From assembly GCA_020635855.1 (NCBI GenBank), contig JACJYZ010000004.1:361628-425627 (forward strand): a DNA stretch of 64,000 nucleotides, given 5' to 3'. The position numbers and the translations under genes were made by a program. Shown here piece after piece: positions 29,092 through 39,191 of the stretch (its first letter is position 1; each line of letters opens with the position of its first letter). The notes beneath the pieces were generated by a model that was given only the letters and a program-made list of their open reading frames with translations, was not told the DNA's origin and ran no database searches. Source of the stretch: Flavobacteriales bacterium (GTDB taxonomy: Bacteria; Bacteroidota; Bacteroidia; JACJYZ01).

Positions 29092-30879
29092 ATGAAACAG
29101 TTTCGCAACTTTTGCATCATCGCCCATATCGACCACGGGAAGAGCACGCTGGCAGACCGGTTATTGGAGTATACCAACACTGTTTCTAAAAAAGATTTGC
29201 AAGCCCAGGTCCTCGACAACATGGACCTCGAACGGGAAAGAGGCATCACCATCAAGAGCCACGCCATCCAGATGAACTACGAACTGGACGGTGAGAAATA
29301 CGTGCTCAACCTCATCGATACCCCGGGTCACGTGGACTTTTCCTACGAAGTATCGCGCTCCATCGCAGCCTGCGAAGGTGCATTGCTGGTGGTGGATGCC
29401 GCACAGGGCATTCAGGCACAAACCATATCCAACCTCTACCTGGCACTGGAACACGACCTGGAGATCATTCCCGTACTAAACAAGATCGACCTGCCCGGTG
29501 CAAATCCCGAAGCGGTAAGTGACCAGATCATTGACCTGCTGGGTTGTAAAGAGGAAGAGATTCTCCACGCCAGTGGCAAAACCGGCGTAGGTGTGCATGA
29601 CATCCTGAAGGCGATCGTACATCGCATCCCTCACCCCAAAGGAGACCCGGAAGCACCCCTTCAGGCGCTTATCTTCGACTCGGTATTCAATTCCTACCGC
29701 GGTATCATCGCTTACTTCCGGATTTACAACGGAAAGATCAACAAGAACGACCAGGTTAAATTCGTGAACACGGGTAAACGTTACCTGGCCGACGAGATCG
29801 GGGTGCTGCGCCTGGGCATGGAAAGCCGCCAAAACATCTCCGCAGGCGATGTGGGCTATATCATTTCAGGTATCAAGGATGCACGCGAAGTAAAGGTGGG
29901 AGATACCATCACACAGGTAGAACGCCCGTGCAAGGAAGCCATCAAGGGGTTTGAGGATGTAAAACCAATGGTATTCGCAGGTATCTATCCGGTCGACAGT
30001 GAGGATTATGAAGAGTTGCGTGCATCCATCGAAAAACTCCAGCTGAACGATGCTTCCCTGACATTCGAACCGGAATCTTCCGCCGCGCTGGGCTTCGGTT
30101 TTCGTTGCGGATTCCTCGGCCTCCTGCACATGGAGATCATCCAGGAACGCCTCGAACGCGAATTCAACATGTCGGTGATCACCACCGTTCCCAACGTATC
30201 TTATTTTGCCTATACCAAGAAGGGAGAAAAGCTGCTGCTCAACAACCCTTCCGATCTGCCCGATCCCACTGTGCTCGACTACATCGAAGAACCTTACATT
30301 TCTGCGCAGGTGATCACCATGGCCGAATACACCGGCGCCATCATGAGCCTGTGCATCGACAAACGCGGCGTGCTCAAGAACCAGGTGTACATCACTACCG
30401 ACCGCGTGGAACTCAGCTTTGACATGCCGTTGAGTGAAATTATTTTCGACTTCTACGACAAGCTAAAAAGCATCTCCAAGGGATATGCATCGTTCGATTA
30501 CCAACCCCTGGAATACCGCCAGTCCAAACTGGTACGCCTCGATATCCGCCTCAACAGCGAACCCGTGGATGCCTTATCCGCACTCATTCATACCGATCAT
30601 GCTTATTCTTTTGGAAGACGGATGTGTGAAAAACTGAAGGAACTGCTTCCCCGACAACAGTTCGAGATTGCCATCCAGGCTTCCATCGGCGCCAAGATCA
30701 TCGCACGTGAAACGGTCAGGGCGTTGAGAAAAGACGTGACCGCCAAATGTTACGGCGGTGATATCTCCCGGAAACGGAAACTGCTTGAAAAACAAAAGAA
30801 GGGGAAAAAACGCATGCGCCAGGTGGGCAATGTGGAAGTGCCCCAGCAGGCCTTCCTTGCCGTGCTGAAACTGGATTGA
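29092..30879 (+). CDS. lepA: Elongation factor 4 (LepA)
   Basis: [23 protein letters not shown] starts at ATG 29092. GTPase motifs DTPGHVDF and NKID are present, as is the C-terminal LepA domain. The track start at 28969 runs through the upstream terminator and is rejected. Confidence 0.95.
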   Translation: MKQFRNFCIIAHIDHGKSTLADRLLEYTNTVSKKDLQAQVLDNMDLERERGITIKSHAIQMNYELDGEKYVLNLIDTPGHVDFSYEVSRSIAACEGALLVVDAAQGIQAQTISNLYLALEHDLEIIPVLNKIDLPGANPEAVSDQIIDLLGCKEEEILHASGKTGVGVHDILKAIVHRIPHPKGDPEAPLQALIFDSVFNSYRGIIAYFRIYNGKINKNDQVKFVNTGKRYLADEIGVLRLGMESRQNISAGDVGYIISGIKDAREVKVGDTITQVERPCKEAIKGFEDVKPMVFAGIYPVDSEDYEELRASIEKLQLNDASLTFEPESSAALGFGFRCGFLGLLHMEIIQERLEREFNMSVITTVPNVSYFAYTKKGEKLLLNNPSDLPDPTVLDYIEEPYISAQVITMAEYTGAIMSLCIDKRGVLKNQVYITTDRVELSFDMPLSEIIFDFYDKLKSISKGYASFDYQPLEYRQSKLVRLDIRLNSEPVDALSALIHTDHAYSFGRRMCEKLKELLPRQQFEIAIQASIGAKIIARETVRALRKDVTAKCYGGDISRKRKLLEKQKKGKKRMRQVGNVEVPQQAFLAVLKLD

Positions 30880-30907
30880 TCGACATTTTTTCGACACCAG
30901 TAAAGTT

Positions 30908-30984
30908 GCCACGAAGACACAAAGGCGCAAAGAGAAAAACAGACATACATTCCGTGTACCTTTGTGTCTTGGTGCCTTTGTGGC
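30908..30984. repeat. Imperfect palindromic (REP-like) element built from CACAAAGG / CCTTTGTG units
   Basis: Perfect 12-bp stem AAGACACAAAGG (30914-30925) / CCTTTGTGTCTT (30959-30970) with a 33-nt loop. Outer GCCAC (30908-12) / GTGGC (30980-84) can also pair. CCTTTGTG occurs twice in the right arm. Confidence 0.55.
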
Positions 30985-31024
30985 ATATATCTACATGCCT
31001 GAAATTGATTTTTTAAAACCGGCT

Positions 31025-31050
31025 GTAACATTCAACGGAGGGTAGCCGTC
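31025..31050 (+). promoter_or_regulatory. Candidate ECF-type promoter (GTAAC-N17-CGTC) upstream of the ECF sigma gene
   Basis: AAC ends at 31029 and CGTC starts at 31047, a 17-nt spacer. CGTC ends 21 nt before ATG 31072. The pattern resembles autoregulated ECF promoters. No TAnnTTTG box is present here. Confidence 0.3.
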
Positions 31051-31071
31051 CCACGTTCACAAGCATCAATA

Positions 31072-31557
31072 ATGACCACCAGGGAATACAACCAGTGCGT
31101 GGACATGCACGCCGACGGACTTTACCGCTTCATCCTGAAAAACATCAAGGATGAAGAGAAAGCACGTGATGTGGTGCAGGATACCTTTGAAAAGCTCTGG
31201 ATCAAGGTGGCCGATGTTCCGTTTGAAAAATGCAAATCATACCTATTCACGGCAGGTTACCATACCATGATCGACAAGATCCGCAGGGAGAAAAAGATCG
31301 GAAGTATGGAGGAAGCCAAGCCCATGACCCTCGCCACCCAACAGAAAAACTTCGAACTGAAGAAGATCCTGGACGATGCCCTAGCCACCCTGCCGGAAGC
31401 ACAGCGTTCGGTGATCCTGCTGCGCGACTATGAAGGTTATTCCTATGATGAAATCGGGCAGATCATGCAGCTGACGGAAAGCCAGGTGAAGGTGTATATT
31501 TTCCGCGGACGTCAGACACTCAAAAAAATACTCGGAAGCGTGGAGGCCGTTTTATGA
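31072..31557 (+). CDS. ECF (sigma-70 family, group 4) RNA polymerase sigma factor
   Basis: 161 aa. Region 2 (DVVQDTFEKLW) and region 4 HTH (QRSVILLRDYEGYSYDEIGQIMQLTESQVKVYIFRGRQTLKKIL). Confidence 0.9.
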   Translation: MTTREYNQCVDMHADGLYRFILKNIKDEEKARDVVQDTFEKLWIKVADVPFEKCKSYLFTAGYHTMIDKIRREKKIGSMEEAKPMTLATQQKNFELKKILDDALATLPEAQRSVILLRDYEGYSYDEIGQIMQLTESQVKVYIFRGRQTLKKILGSVEAVL

Positions 31558-32714
31558 ACATGATCAATGAACATAATGTAGAAGCCTACCTGCTGGATTA
31601 TGCAGAAGGTCGCCTCTCCGCGGAGCAGGTGGCAGAGTTGCTGCTGTTCCTGGAAAACCATCCCGAACTCGATCTCTCCCTGGATGAAGACCTGACAAAT
31701 GCCCTGCCGCTCATCTCCGATGAACGGGCAATGCCAGGAAAGGAAGACCTGAAGAAGCCTGATTACGGACAAGGAATTTACCCGGGCAACCTGGATGATC
31801 ACCTGGTCGCCAGTCTGGAAGGATTGCTGTCGCCCGATGAAGAAAACACTTTACAGGCCTATCTGGAAGCGCATCCGGAAAACAAGAAAGACAGGAAGCT
31901 GTTTGCGCTGACCCGCATGCAACCGGATGCAAGCATTGTTTTTGCGAACAAACCGAGCCTGAAAAAGGAGCGCAGGATCATCCCCGCATTCCTTCCCTAT
32001 GCCGCTGCTGCAGCGGTACTGATGGTCGCCATGTTGTTTGTGCCGTGGCAAACCGAAGCTCCCCAGGTGGCAACCCTGCCAGCACCCGCGTTGCAGGAAA
32101 ACGCCTTTCCGGATCAAGCCCAAGCTCAACATACCGATCCCCAACCGTCGCCTCAAACACCTTCGGTTTCAACACCGGCACCTGCTTCTCCTGCCCCTAC
32201 CGTGGTACATGCATCAACGGTAACCGCGCATGTACACCCTGATCATCCGACCCCTGCAGAAAAAGAAATCCACCCGGCGCCGGAAAGCACCCCGAAAAAT
32301 GATGCTGATCAACCCGGTCAGGTGGATCAACGGATTGAGCCGGTGCAAATGAAAAAAGAAACACCATTGGTAGCCGCCATCCCGGAGAGTACTCCCGAAT
32401 TCACGGACAAGACCCCGATTCAGCAACCAACGGTTACCGCAGTTGCCCAGGCCCCGGCAACGGATACACCCACCTTGCTGGATGCACTCGCCATCAAAGC
32501 CAAGGAAAAAGCACTGAACCGCAAACACGAATCCGACCCCTCGATTAGTGGTGCCGACGTAACCGAAGCCGTTGCACGCGGAGCCGGCAAACTGCTCGGG
32601 AAGAAAGTGGAGGTAGACAGAACCGTAGGCAACAACGGACAACTGGCGGCCTTCAATGTGAAGATCGGCAAGTTCGGTTTCTCCCGCACAAAAAATACCA
32701 ATCCCAGCCTGTAA
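31554..32714 (+). CDS. Putative anti-sigma factor: single-pass membrane protein with a Pro-rich extracytoplasmic region
   Basis: ATGA overlap with the sigma gene. The N-terminal cytoplasmic part holds two similar helical motifs (YAEGRLSAEQVAELLLFLENHPE and LEGLLSPDEENTLQAYLEAHPE). One TM helix (IIPAFLPYAAAAAVLMVAMLFVPW) is followed by low-complexity P/T/A/Q sequence. Confidence 0.6.
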   Translation: MNMINEHNVEAYLLDYAEGRLSAEQVAELLLFLENHPELDLSLDEDLTNALPLISDERAMPGKEDLKKPDYGQGIYPGNLDDHLVASLEGLLSPDEENTLQAYLEAHPENKKDRKLFALTRMQPDASIVFANKPSLKKERRIIPAFLPYAAAAAVLMVAMLFVPWQTEAPQVATLPAPALQENAFPDQAQAQHTDPQPSPQTPSVSTPAPASPAPTVVHASTVTAHVHPDHPTPAEKEIHPAPESTPKNDADQPGQVDQRIEPVQMKKETPLVAAIPESTPEFTDKTPIQQPTVTAVAQAPATDTPTLLDALAIKAKEKALNRKHESDPSISGADVTEAVARGAGKLLGKKVEVDRTVGNNGQLAAFNVKIGKFGFSRTKNTNPSL

Positions 32715-32765
32715 CATTTCGGGGGTACCCAACCGTCCCATGTACAGAATCTAATCTGAACAGCC

Positions 32766-33590
32766 ATGAAGAAAGTATGTATTTTACTGATGATGATCCT
32801 GCCCTGGATGAACAGCAACGCACAGGAATCCGAAAAGACCTCAGATACCACCACGTTCAAATTGGGCACCATGAAAATCCTGATGGTGGATCAAAGCGCC
32901 CCGGATGCATCCAACGACACCATCAATGGTGACAATGATAATGACAATGACGGGAAGGAAGAAAAACTGGCCCACTGGGACGGCATTGACCTGGGTGTAA
33001 ACGGATTCATGAATGCCAACCACAAGACCGGCATGACCGGTAACCTGGCCCCGTATGAACTTGACTACGCCCGTTCGCAGGTTTGGAACGTGAACCTGTT
33101 CGAAACGAAAATCAAGATCGTGAAGGAATATGTAGGAATCGTGACCGGACTGGGATTGAGCTTTCACGGCTATGCCTTTAAGAAGAACATGAACCTGGTG
33201 GTGAATGCCGACTCCACCTTTTCCGTTCCCGATACAACCATCGATTACAACAAGAACAAACTGAAGGTCACCTACGTGCAACTGCCGGTATTGCTGGAAT
33301 TCAACACAAGCGACGACCCGAAACGCACCTTCCATATCGCCGGAGGCGTGCTGGGCGGATACAAGATCGGTGCCCGCCTGAAACAGAAATATGAGGTAGA
33401 CGGTGACAAGCATGTGGAAAGAGTGGCCGGTCACTACAACCTGAACCCATTCCAACTGAGTGCCACGGTAAGGGTAGGATACGGCAAGTTCACCGTGTTC
33501 GCCGACTATGCCCTGACCCCGTTGTTTGAAAAAAATAAAGGTCCTGAACTGTATGCATTCTCAGCCGGCGTCACCCTGGTCGGCTTCTAA
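32766..33590 (+). CDS. Outer-membrane beta-barrel protein (PorT / OMP_b-brl-like)
   Basis: Signal peptide ending ...MNSNA|QESE. Alternating hydrophobic beta-strand pattern with a C-terminal ...AFSAGVTLVGF ending in Phe. Confidence 0.7.
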   Translation: MKKVCILLMMILPWMNSNAQESEKTSDTTTFKLGTMKILMVDQSAPDASNDTINGDNDNDNDGKEEKLAHWDGIDLGVNGFMNANHKTGMTGNLAPYELDYARSQVWNVNLFETKIKIVKEYVGIVTGLGLSFHGYAFKKNMNLVVNADSTFSVPDTTIDYNKNKLKVTYVQLPVLLEFNTSDDPKRTFHIAGGVLGGYKIGARLKQKYEVDGDKHVERVAGHYNLNPFQLSATVRVGYGKFTVFADYALTPLFEKNKGPELYAFSAGVTLVGF

Positions 33591-33613
33591 GGCAATTCCC
33601 CTCCAACATGCCA

Positions 33614-33643
33614 CCCCGCACCTGAATACGTGCGGGGTTTTTT
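33614..33643 (+). terminator. Rho-independent terminator
   Basis: Stem CCCCGCAC / GTGCGGGG (8 bp) with an 8-nt loop, followed by TTTTTT. It begins 23 nt after the stop of the beta-barrel gene. Confidence 0.8.
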
Positions 33644-33697
33644 GTTACCTTTATCTCCCGTCCGGCGCCCGACCTGCCGGCCGTTTAGCTGCTACAC

Positions 33698-35305
33698 ATG
33701 AAACCAACCGATACAAAAGATATTGTGAAAAAAAAGGCTGGAGCCCAATCGTCTGACAAGCACATGAAGGACCCTTTCAAAATTCTGGAAGACAAAAAGG
33801 CCGAAGCCATGCTGGGCGGTGGTCAACAACGCATCGACAGCCAACACAACAAAGGAAAGCTTACGGCGCGTGAACGCATCCATTTTCTGATGGATGAAGG
33901 CTCGTTCGAAGAGATCGGCATGCTGGTAACCCATCGCTCCAACCAATTCGGACTTGAAAAAGAAGTGTACCCCGGCGACGGCGTGGTAACCGGTTACGGA
34001 ACCATCCACGGCCGACTCGTATATGTATTCTCACAGGACTTCACCGTGTTCGGAGGTTCCCTGTCGGAAGCCCATGCGGAAAAGATATGCCGCATCATGG
34101 ACCTGGCCATGAAAAACGGCGCCCCCGTGATCGGATTGAATGACTCCGGCGGTGCCCGTATCCAGGAAGGTGTGGTGTCTCTCGGAGGATACGCTGACAT
34201 CTTCTACCGAAATACCCTTGCATCCGGTGTAATCCCTCAGATCTCCGCCATCATGGGGCCATGCGCCGGCGGTGCCGTATATTCACCCGCCATCACCGAT
34301 TTCATCCTGATGGTGGAAAAAACATCGTACATGTTCGTGACCGGTCCGAACGTAGTGAAAACCGTGACTCACGAAGAGGTGTCTTCCGAAGAACTGGGCG
34401 GTGCCTCCACGCACATGTCCAAATCAGGAGTAACCCACTTCTCATGCGCCAATGAGGTGGCCTGCATCAACCACATCAAACAACTGCTTTCATACATTCC
34501 CCAGAACTGTGAAGAAGAATCTCCCGCCTACCCTTACGATTCAAGCGATGAAAAACGCCCGAAACTGAACAGCATCATTCCTGCCAACGCCCAACAACCC
34601 TACGACATCAAAGAGGTGATCCTGGGCGTGGTGGATGCCGACAGCTTCCTGGAAGTACATGGTGGATACGCGGAAAACATTGTGGTGGGCTTTGCACGAA
34701 TGGCGGGCAAGTCCATCGGTATCGTGGCCAACCAGCCCGCATTCCTGGCGGGGGTGCTCGACATCAACGCATCAAAGAAAGCCGCACGCTTCGTTCGCTT
34801 CTGCGATTCATTCAACATTCCATTGCTTGTTTTTGAAGACGTGCCCGGATTCCTTCCCGGCACCGACCAGGAATGGAACGCCATCATCTCAAACGGCGCC
34901 AAACTGCTGTATGCATTCTGTGAAGCTACCGTTCCACGCATCACGGTGATCACCCGCAAAGCTTACGGCGGTGCTTATGATGTGATGAATTCCAAACACA
35001 TCGGTGCCGATATGAACTTCGCCTGGCCGACAGCTGAGATCGCCGTGATGGGTGCCAAAGGTGCCGCCGAGATCATCTTCCGCAAAGAGATCGCGAATGC
35101 CGACGACCCGGAAAAGAAATGGCAGGAAAAAGAACAGGAATACACAGAGATGTTCGCACATCCGTACCGTGCAGCTGCCAGGGGGTATATTGATGAGGTC
35201 ATCAAACCGGAAGACACAAGAGAGAAGCTGATCAAAGCTTTTGATATGTTAAAAAACAAGGCCGATGTGCTGCCCAGAAAAAAACATGGCAACATCCCGC
35301 TTTGA
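33698..35305 (+). CDS. Acyl-CoA carboxylase carboxyltransferase subunit (propionyl-CoA carboxylase beta / methylmalonyl-CoA carboxyltransferase family)
   Basis: Motifs [44 protein letters not shown] and [17 protein letters not shown]. The start may instead be the internal ATG at 33764 ([11 protein letters not shown]...). Confidence 0.9.
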   Translation: MKPTDTKDIVKKKAGAQSSDKHMKDPFKILEDKKAEAMLGGGQQRIDSQHNKGKLTARERIHFLMDEGSFEEIGMLVTHRSNQFGLEKEVYPGDGVVTGYGTIHGRLVYVFSQDFTVFGGSLSEAHAEKICRIMDLAMKNGAPVIGLNDSGGARIQEGVVSLGGYADIFYRNTLASGVIPQISAIMGPCAGGAVYSPAITDFILMVEKTSYMFVTGPNVVKTVTHEEVSSEELGGASTHMSKSGVTHFSCANEVACINHIKQLLSYIPQNCEEESPAYPYDSSDEKRPKLNSIIPANAQQPYDIKEVILGVVDADSFLEVHGGYAENIVVGFARMAGKSIGIVANQPAFLAGVLDINASKKAARFVRFCDSFNIPLLVFEDVPGFLPGTDQEWNAIISNGAKLLYAFCEATVPRITVITRKAYGGAYDVMNSKHIGADMNFAWPTAEIAVMGAKGAAEIIFRKEIANADDPEKKWQEKEQEYTEMFAHPYRAAARGYIDEVIKPEDTREKLIKAFDMLKNKADVLPRKKHGNIPL

Positions 35306-35325
35306 TTTACTTTTTTGATTAAAAC

Positions 35326-36627
35326 ATGCGCATACTACTGATCGGATCGGGCGGACGCGAACACGCCATCGCCTGGAAACTACATCAAAGCCCGCAACTC
35401 GAAAAGTTGTACATCGCACCCGGTAACCCGGGCACCGAACAACTCGGCACCAACCTGCAACTGAACCCGCTCGACTTTGAAGCTGTAGCCGGAGCCGTGC
35501 GTGAACATGAAATCGGCATGGTAGTAGTTGGTCCCGAAGAACCCCTGGTCAGGGGCATCAGAGACCATTTCGCCAACCACCCCGATCTGAAAGACATCCT
35601 GTTCATCGGGCCCGCACAGGCAGGCGCCATGCTGGAAGGCAGCAAGGATTTTGCGAAAGACTTCATGCAACGCCATGGAATACCCACCGCGGCCTATGCA
35701 TCTTTTGATAAATCACAATTGGAAGACGCCACAGCCTACCTGGATCAGGTACAGCCGCCATATGTCATCAAAGCAGATGGTCTGGCCGCCGGAAAAGGCG
35801 TGCTGATTTGCGAAGAAAAAGCCTCGGCACAGCAGGCATTGCAAGACATGATGGTGGACAGCAAATTCGGAACAGCAGGCGACAAAGTGGTGATCGAAGC
35901 GTTTCTGGAAGGCATCGAGCTCTCTGTTTTTGTGCTTACCGATGGTACCTCTTATCGAATCCTTCCATCCGCGAAAGATTACAAACGCATTGGGGAAGGT
36001 GACACCGGGTTAAATACCGGTGGCATGGGTGCCGTCTCTCCGGTACCCTTCGCGACTGTGGCTTTCCTGAACAAGGTGGAAGAACGGGTTGTGATTCCCA
36101 CCATCCGTGGCCTCCAGCTGGACAAGATCCCCTATACCGGATTTATTTTCATCGGCCTGATGAACGTCAATGGTGATCCCTTTGTGATCGAATACAACGT
36201 GCGAATGGGTGACCCGGAAACCGAGGTGGTAATGCCACGGCTGGAGTGTGATCTGGTAGAACTGCTTACCGCATGCGCCCGTGGTGAACTCGCCGGCGCC
36301 AACTTACAGATCAGCAACGATACCGTGGTGACTGTGGTGATGGTATCCGGCGGTTACCCCGAAGCGTACGAGAAAAACATTCCGGTACGCGGCATTGATA
36401 AACCGAGTGAAAGCCTCATTTTTCAAGCCGGAACCGGCCGTGATGAAGGGGGAAGGATCGTGACCAAAGGCGGACGGGTGCTTGCGGTCACATCGCGCGG
36501 AACAAACATTACACAGGCACTGACCCGCTCGTACCGCACGATCGGACAAATCGCCTTTGACAAAATGTATTTCAGGAAAGATATCGGTTTCGACCTGGTG
36601 GAAGCAACCGAAAAGGCAGGGAACTAA
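35326..36627 (+). CDS. purD: Phosphoribosylamine--glycine ligase
   Basis: N-terminus MRILLIGSGGREHAIAWKL and an ATP-grasp core, with GDTGLNTGGMGAVSP and EYNVRMGDPETEV motifs. Confidence 0.95.
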   Translation: MRILLIGSGGREHAIAWKLHQSPQLEKLYIAPGNPGTEQLGTNLQLNPLDFEAVAGAVREHEIGMVVVGPEEPLVRGIRDHFANHPDLKDILFIGPAQAGAMLEGSKDFAKDFMQRHGIPTAAYASFDKSQLEDATAYLDQVQPPYVIKADGLAAGKGVLICEEKASAQQALQDMMVDSKFGTAGDKVVIEAFLEGIELSVFVLTDGTSYRILPSAKDYKRIGEGDTGLNTGGMGAVSPVPFATVAFLNKVEERVVIPTIRGLQLDKIPYTGFIFIGLMNVNGDPFVIEYNVRMGDPETEVVMPRLECDLVELLTACARGELAGANLQISNDTVVTVVMVSGGYPEAYEKNIPVRGIDKPSESLIFQAGTGRDEGGRIVTKGGRVLAVTSRGTNITQALTRSYRTIGQIAFDKMYFRKDIGFDLVEATEKAGN

Positions 36628-36642
36628 AAATCAGGGCTGAGC

Positions 36643-36807
36643 TTACTTGGATTCGCTCTTCTCAAATTTGGCCATTTGACCAACCCAATAAAAAAAGAAC
36701 CCGAAACCAACCACAATCAGCGCGACGTTGGGCAGGTTACCCAAACCCTCCAGAATCGGGAAAGTCGAACTGTACAAGTTTCCAAGTGCGTGAAAGAAAT
36801 CATTCAT
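36643..36807 (-). CDS. Small (54 aa) membrane protein of unknown function
   Basis: The ATG at 36807 gives MNDFFHALGNLYSSTFPILEGLGNLPNVALIVVGFGFFFYWVGQMAKFEKSESK, with one clear TM helix. It resembles small conserved Bacteroidota proteins. My family assignment from memory is not reliable. Confidence 0.5.
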   Translation of the reverse strand: MNDFFHALGNLYSSTFPILEGLGNLPNVALIVVGFGFFFYWVGQMAKFEKSESK

Positions 36808-36892
36808 GGTCCTACGATTTGATGGTAAAAGTAAACAATTCTTTTTGCAAACCACGATAAAGTTTGGGAAAGCCTCCTAGCCACCTGACGTC

Positions 36893-37849
36893 ATGATCCA
36901 ACTGTTCAAAAACCGTGGGCCGGTTGTGCTGCTGCTGATTCCCATTCTATGCCTGGTCTTCTATGTGCCTGGAATTTTTGCCGGATCCGTCGACCAAAAA
37001 AACGGAACCACACTTTTCCTCCTGCTGAAAGAATTGTCTTTCGGCTTCCCGTTGCTGTCGCTCCTGATTGCCTGTACACTGATTTGTCTCAGCGCCTACC
37101 TGTTGAACCGGGTGGTATCCGACAATGAGTTTGACGCCCGGAACACCTACCTGCCCGGACTGCTGGTGGTGGTGTTCTCATCGGCCCTGGCTCCCATCCT
37201 GCACCTGAATGAAGCCCTGCCGGCCAATGTATTGATGGTATTGATGTTCGGCAAGATACTGGCCATGCACCGGAAAGGACCCATCCATGAGATGGTGCTT
37301 GACACGGGCCTGTTACTTGGTACCGCCTCGTTGTTCTCACCTTATTACCTGATGTTCTTCCCGGTGATCTGGTTCGGATTGAACTTTTTCCGGCCGTTTA
37401 ACTGGCGCGAATGGCTCATCCCTTTAATCGGCGCAGGCCTGCCATGGTTGTTCATCGCCTGTTTTTTTTATGTAACCAACCGACCGTTCGGCGAATTGTT
37501 GCAGCCGAAATACACACATCTGTCCGTCCTGAACCTCGGGCGTTCCTGGATCTTATGGCTGGTTGGGACCGGACTCACCCTGTGGGCTGTTGCCACCACC
37601 GTGCTGCAGTTCAACCAACGAACACTCCGGAGCAAACAAAGCATCCGGTTGTTGCTGACCCTGACCGGCTTTTGTGCACTTGCCCTCATCATCTTCAGAC
37701 AACCTCAACTCGTAAATGCCCTTGCCATTCCCCTGGCATTGCTGGTCGCCAATTTTCTCTGCCTTGTGAAAAGGATCTACGCCGACCTTGCCATGGCTGC
37801 CCTGCTGGCAGCGCTGGTACAGAACGAACTTATTTCGCTCCTCGGCTAG
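36893..37849 (+). CDS. Polytopic integral membrane protein of unknown function (about 9 TM segments)
   Basis: 318 aa and strongly hydrophobic throughout, with no recognisable catalytic motif. Divergent from the small membrane protein. Confidence 0.65.
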   Translation: MIQLFKNRGPVVLLLIPILCLVFYVPGIFAGSVDQKNGTTLFLLLKELSFGFPLLSLLIACTLICLSAYLLNRVVSDNEFDARNTYLPGLLVVVFSSALAPILHLNEALPANVLMVLMFGKILAMHRKGPIHEMVLDTGLLLGTASLFSPYYLMFFPVIWFGLNFFRPFNWREWLIPLIGAGLPWLFIACFFYVTNRPFGELLQPKYTHLSVLNLGRSWILWLVGTGLTLWAVATTVLQFNQRTLRSKQSIRLLLTLTGFCALALIIFRQPQLVNALAIPLALLVANFLCLVKRIYADLAMAALLAALVQNELISLLG

Positions 37850-37931
37850 GCCGAGCCTCATTGTTTCGTAACTTTGCCGGCGAACAATGCCCGCTTCACG
37901 GGTGTTGGCAAGTACACAAAATACCAGAACT

Positions 37932-38624
37932 ATGAAAGCAGGTGTGGTAACGTTTCCGGGATCCAATTGCGACCAGGATCTTCTCTATGTGACACGCGAG
38001 AAGGTGGGCATGGAAACCGTATCCTTATGGCACAAGGATCATGACCTGCAGGGTTGTGATGTCATTTTTCTTCCGGGTGGATTTTCCTACGGCGATTACC
38101 TGCGCTCAGGTTCACTCGCCCGCTTCTCTCCCATCATGGAACAAGTGATTGCGTTTGCAGGAAAGGGTGGTCTCGTGTTCGGAATATGTAACGGATTCCA
38201 GATCCTTTGCGAATCCGGACTGTTGCCCGGTGCCCTTTTGCACAACAACCAACAAAAGTTCGTTTGCGAGAATGTGTACATCACACCCGTCACCCAAAAT
38301 TCAGCGGTCACCAGCCGTACAAAACCGGGACAGGCCCTGAAAATCCCGATTGCCCACGGCGAAGGACGCTACCATGCAGATGAAACCACACTGAAACAAC
38401 TGCACGACAACGACCAGATCCTGTTCCGTTACTGCGATGCGAACGGACAAATCAAACCCGAATCAAATCCGAACGGATCCATTGAGCACATCGCCGGTGT
38501 ATGCAACAAAGGCAGGAATGTTTTCGGAATGATGCCCCACCCCGAACGGGCTGCCGATACGGAGTTGGGTAACACCGACGGACTGCTGATTCTCGAGTCC
38601 CTTCTTCAGGCGGTACCCGCGTAA
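37932..38624 (+). CDS. purQ: Phosphoribosylformylglycinamidine synthase, glutamine amidotransferase subunit PurQ
   Basis: MKAGVVTFPGSNCDQD starts at ATG 37932. Catalytic GICNGFQIL, then the HGEGRY and MMPHPER motifs. Confidence 0.93.
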   Translation: MKAGVVTFPGSNCDQDLLYVTREKVGMETVSLWHKDHDLQGCDVIFLPGGFSYGDYLRSGSLARFSPIMEQVIAFAGKGGLVFGICNGFQILCESGLLPGALLHNNQQKFVCENVYITPVTQNSAVTSRTKPGQALKIPIAHGEGRYHADETTLKQLHDNDQILFRYCDANGQIKPESNPNGSIEHIAGVCNKGRNVFGMMPHPERAADTELGNTDGLLILESLLQAVPA

Positions 38625-39187
38625 TAACCTTTGTTCCGGATCCAGGATTCAAGTCCGGGAGGCAAATCACTCCCCACTGACTTTCCTGTGTGCAAAGCTT
38701 CACGGATGCGCGTGGAAGACACGTCTGTTTCCACACCCTCGCATACATGAGCACCGGGCGGCAGATCACGCTGAACAATTGCATAACCGGGCCTGTGATA
38801 GATCCACACAGCAGCTAGTTGCAACAGGGTTTCATAGTCTTTCCACCGATGCAGGGCCGGCAGGTTGTCACTGCCTATAATCAGCACAAACGAACGATCG
38901 GGGTGATCTGCGTGAAGTCTGCGCAGTGTATCCACGGTATAGGAAGGTTTGGGCATGTCAAGTTCCACTTCGCATATCCTGAGTCCGGGTTCGTTGTCGA
39001 GCACACGGTGCAAGATGGCGAGCCGGTCTTCCACCGGCAGCAGACCCTGGTCCTGTTTGAACGGATTCTGCGGAGACACCACAAACCAGATTTCACCGAT
39101 GTCTTCGCTGTTGAGGATTTGCCTGGCTATGTGGAGGTGCCCGGCGTGAACGGGATTGAATGAACCGAAAAGAAGCCCCGTCTTCAT
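38606..39187 (-). CDS. nadD: Nicotinate-nucleotide adenylyltransferase
   Basis: GLLFGSFNPVHAGHL nucleotidyltransferase (H/T)xGH motif, plus the SSTRIR-like motif (VSSTRIRE). 193 aa. Confidence 0.92.
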   Translation of the reverse strand: MKTGLLFGSFNPVHAGHLHIARQILNSEDIGEIWFVVSPQNPFKQDQGLLPVEDRLAILHRVLDNEPGLRICEVELDMPKPSYTVDTLRRLHADHPDRSFVLIIGSDNLPALHRWKDYETLLQLAAVWIYHRPGYAIVQRDLPPGAHVCEGVETDVSSTRIREALHTGKSVGSDLPPGLESWIRNKGYYAGTA

Positions 39188-39191
39188 CAGA

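Noticed and set aside
38606-38624. 19-nt 3'-end overlap of the convergent purQ and nadD genes. The same-strand cysS / M28-like gene overlap at 51308..51326 is similar.
   Set aside because: Short terminal overlaps are common in compact genomes. Both reading frames are well supported by full-length homology-like motifs.
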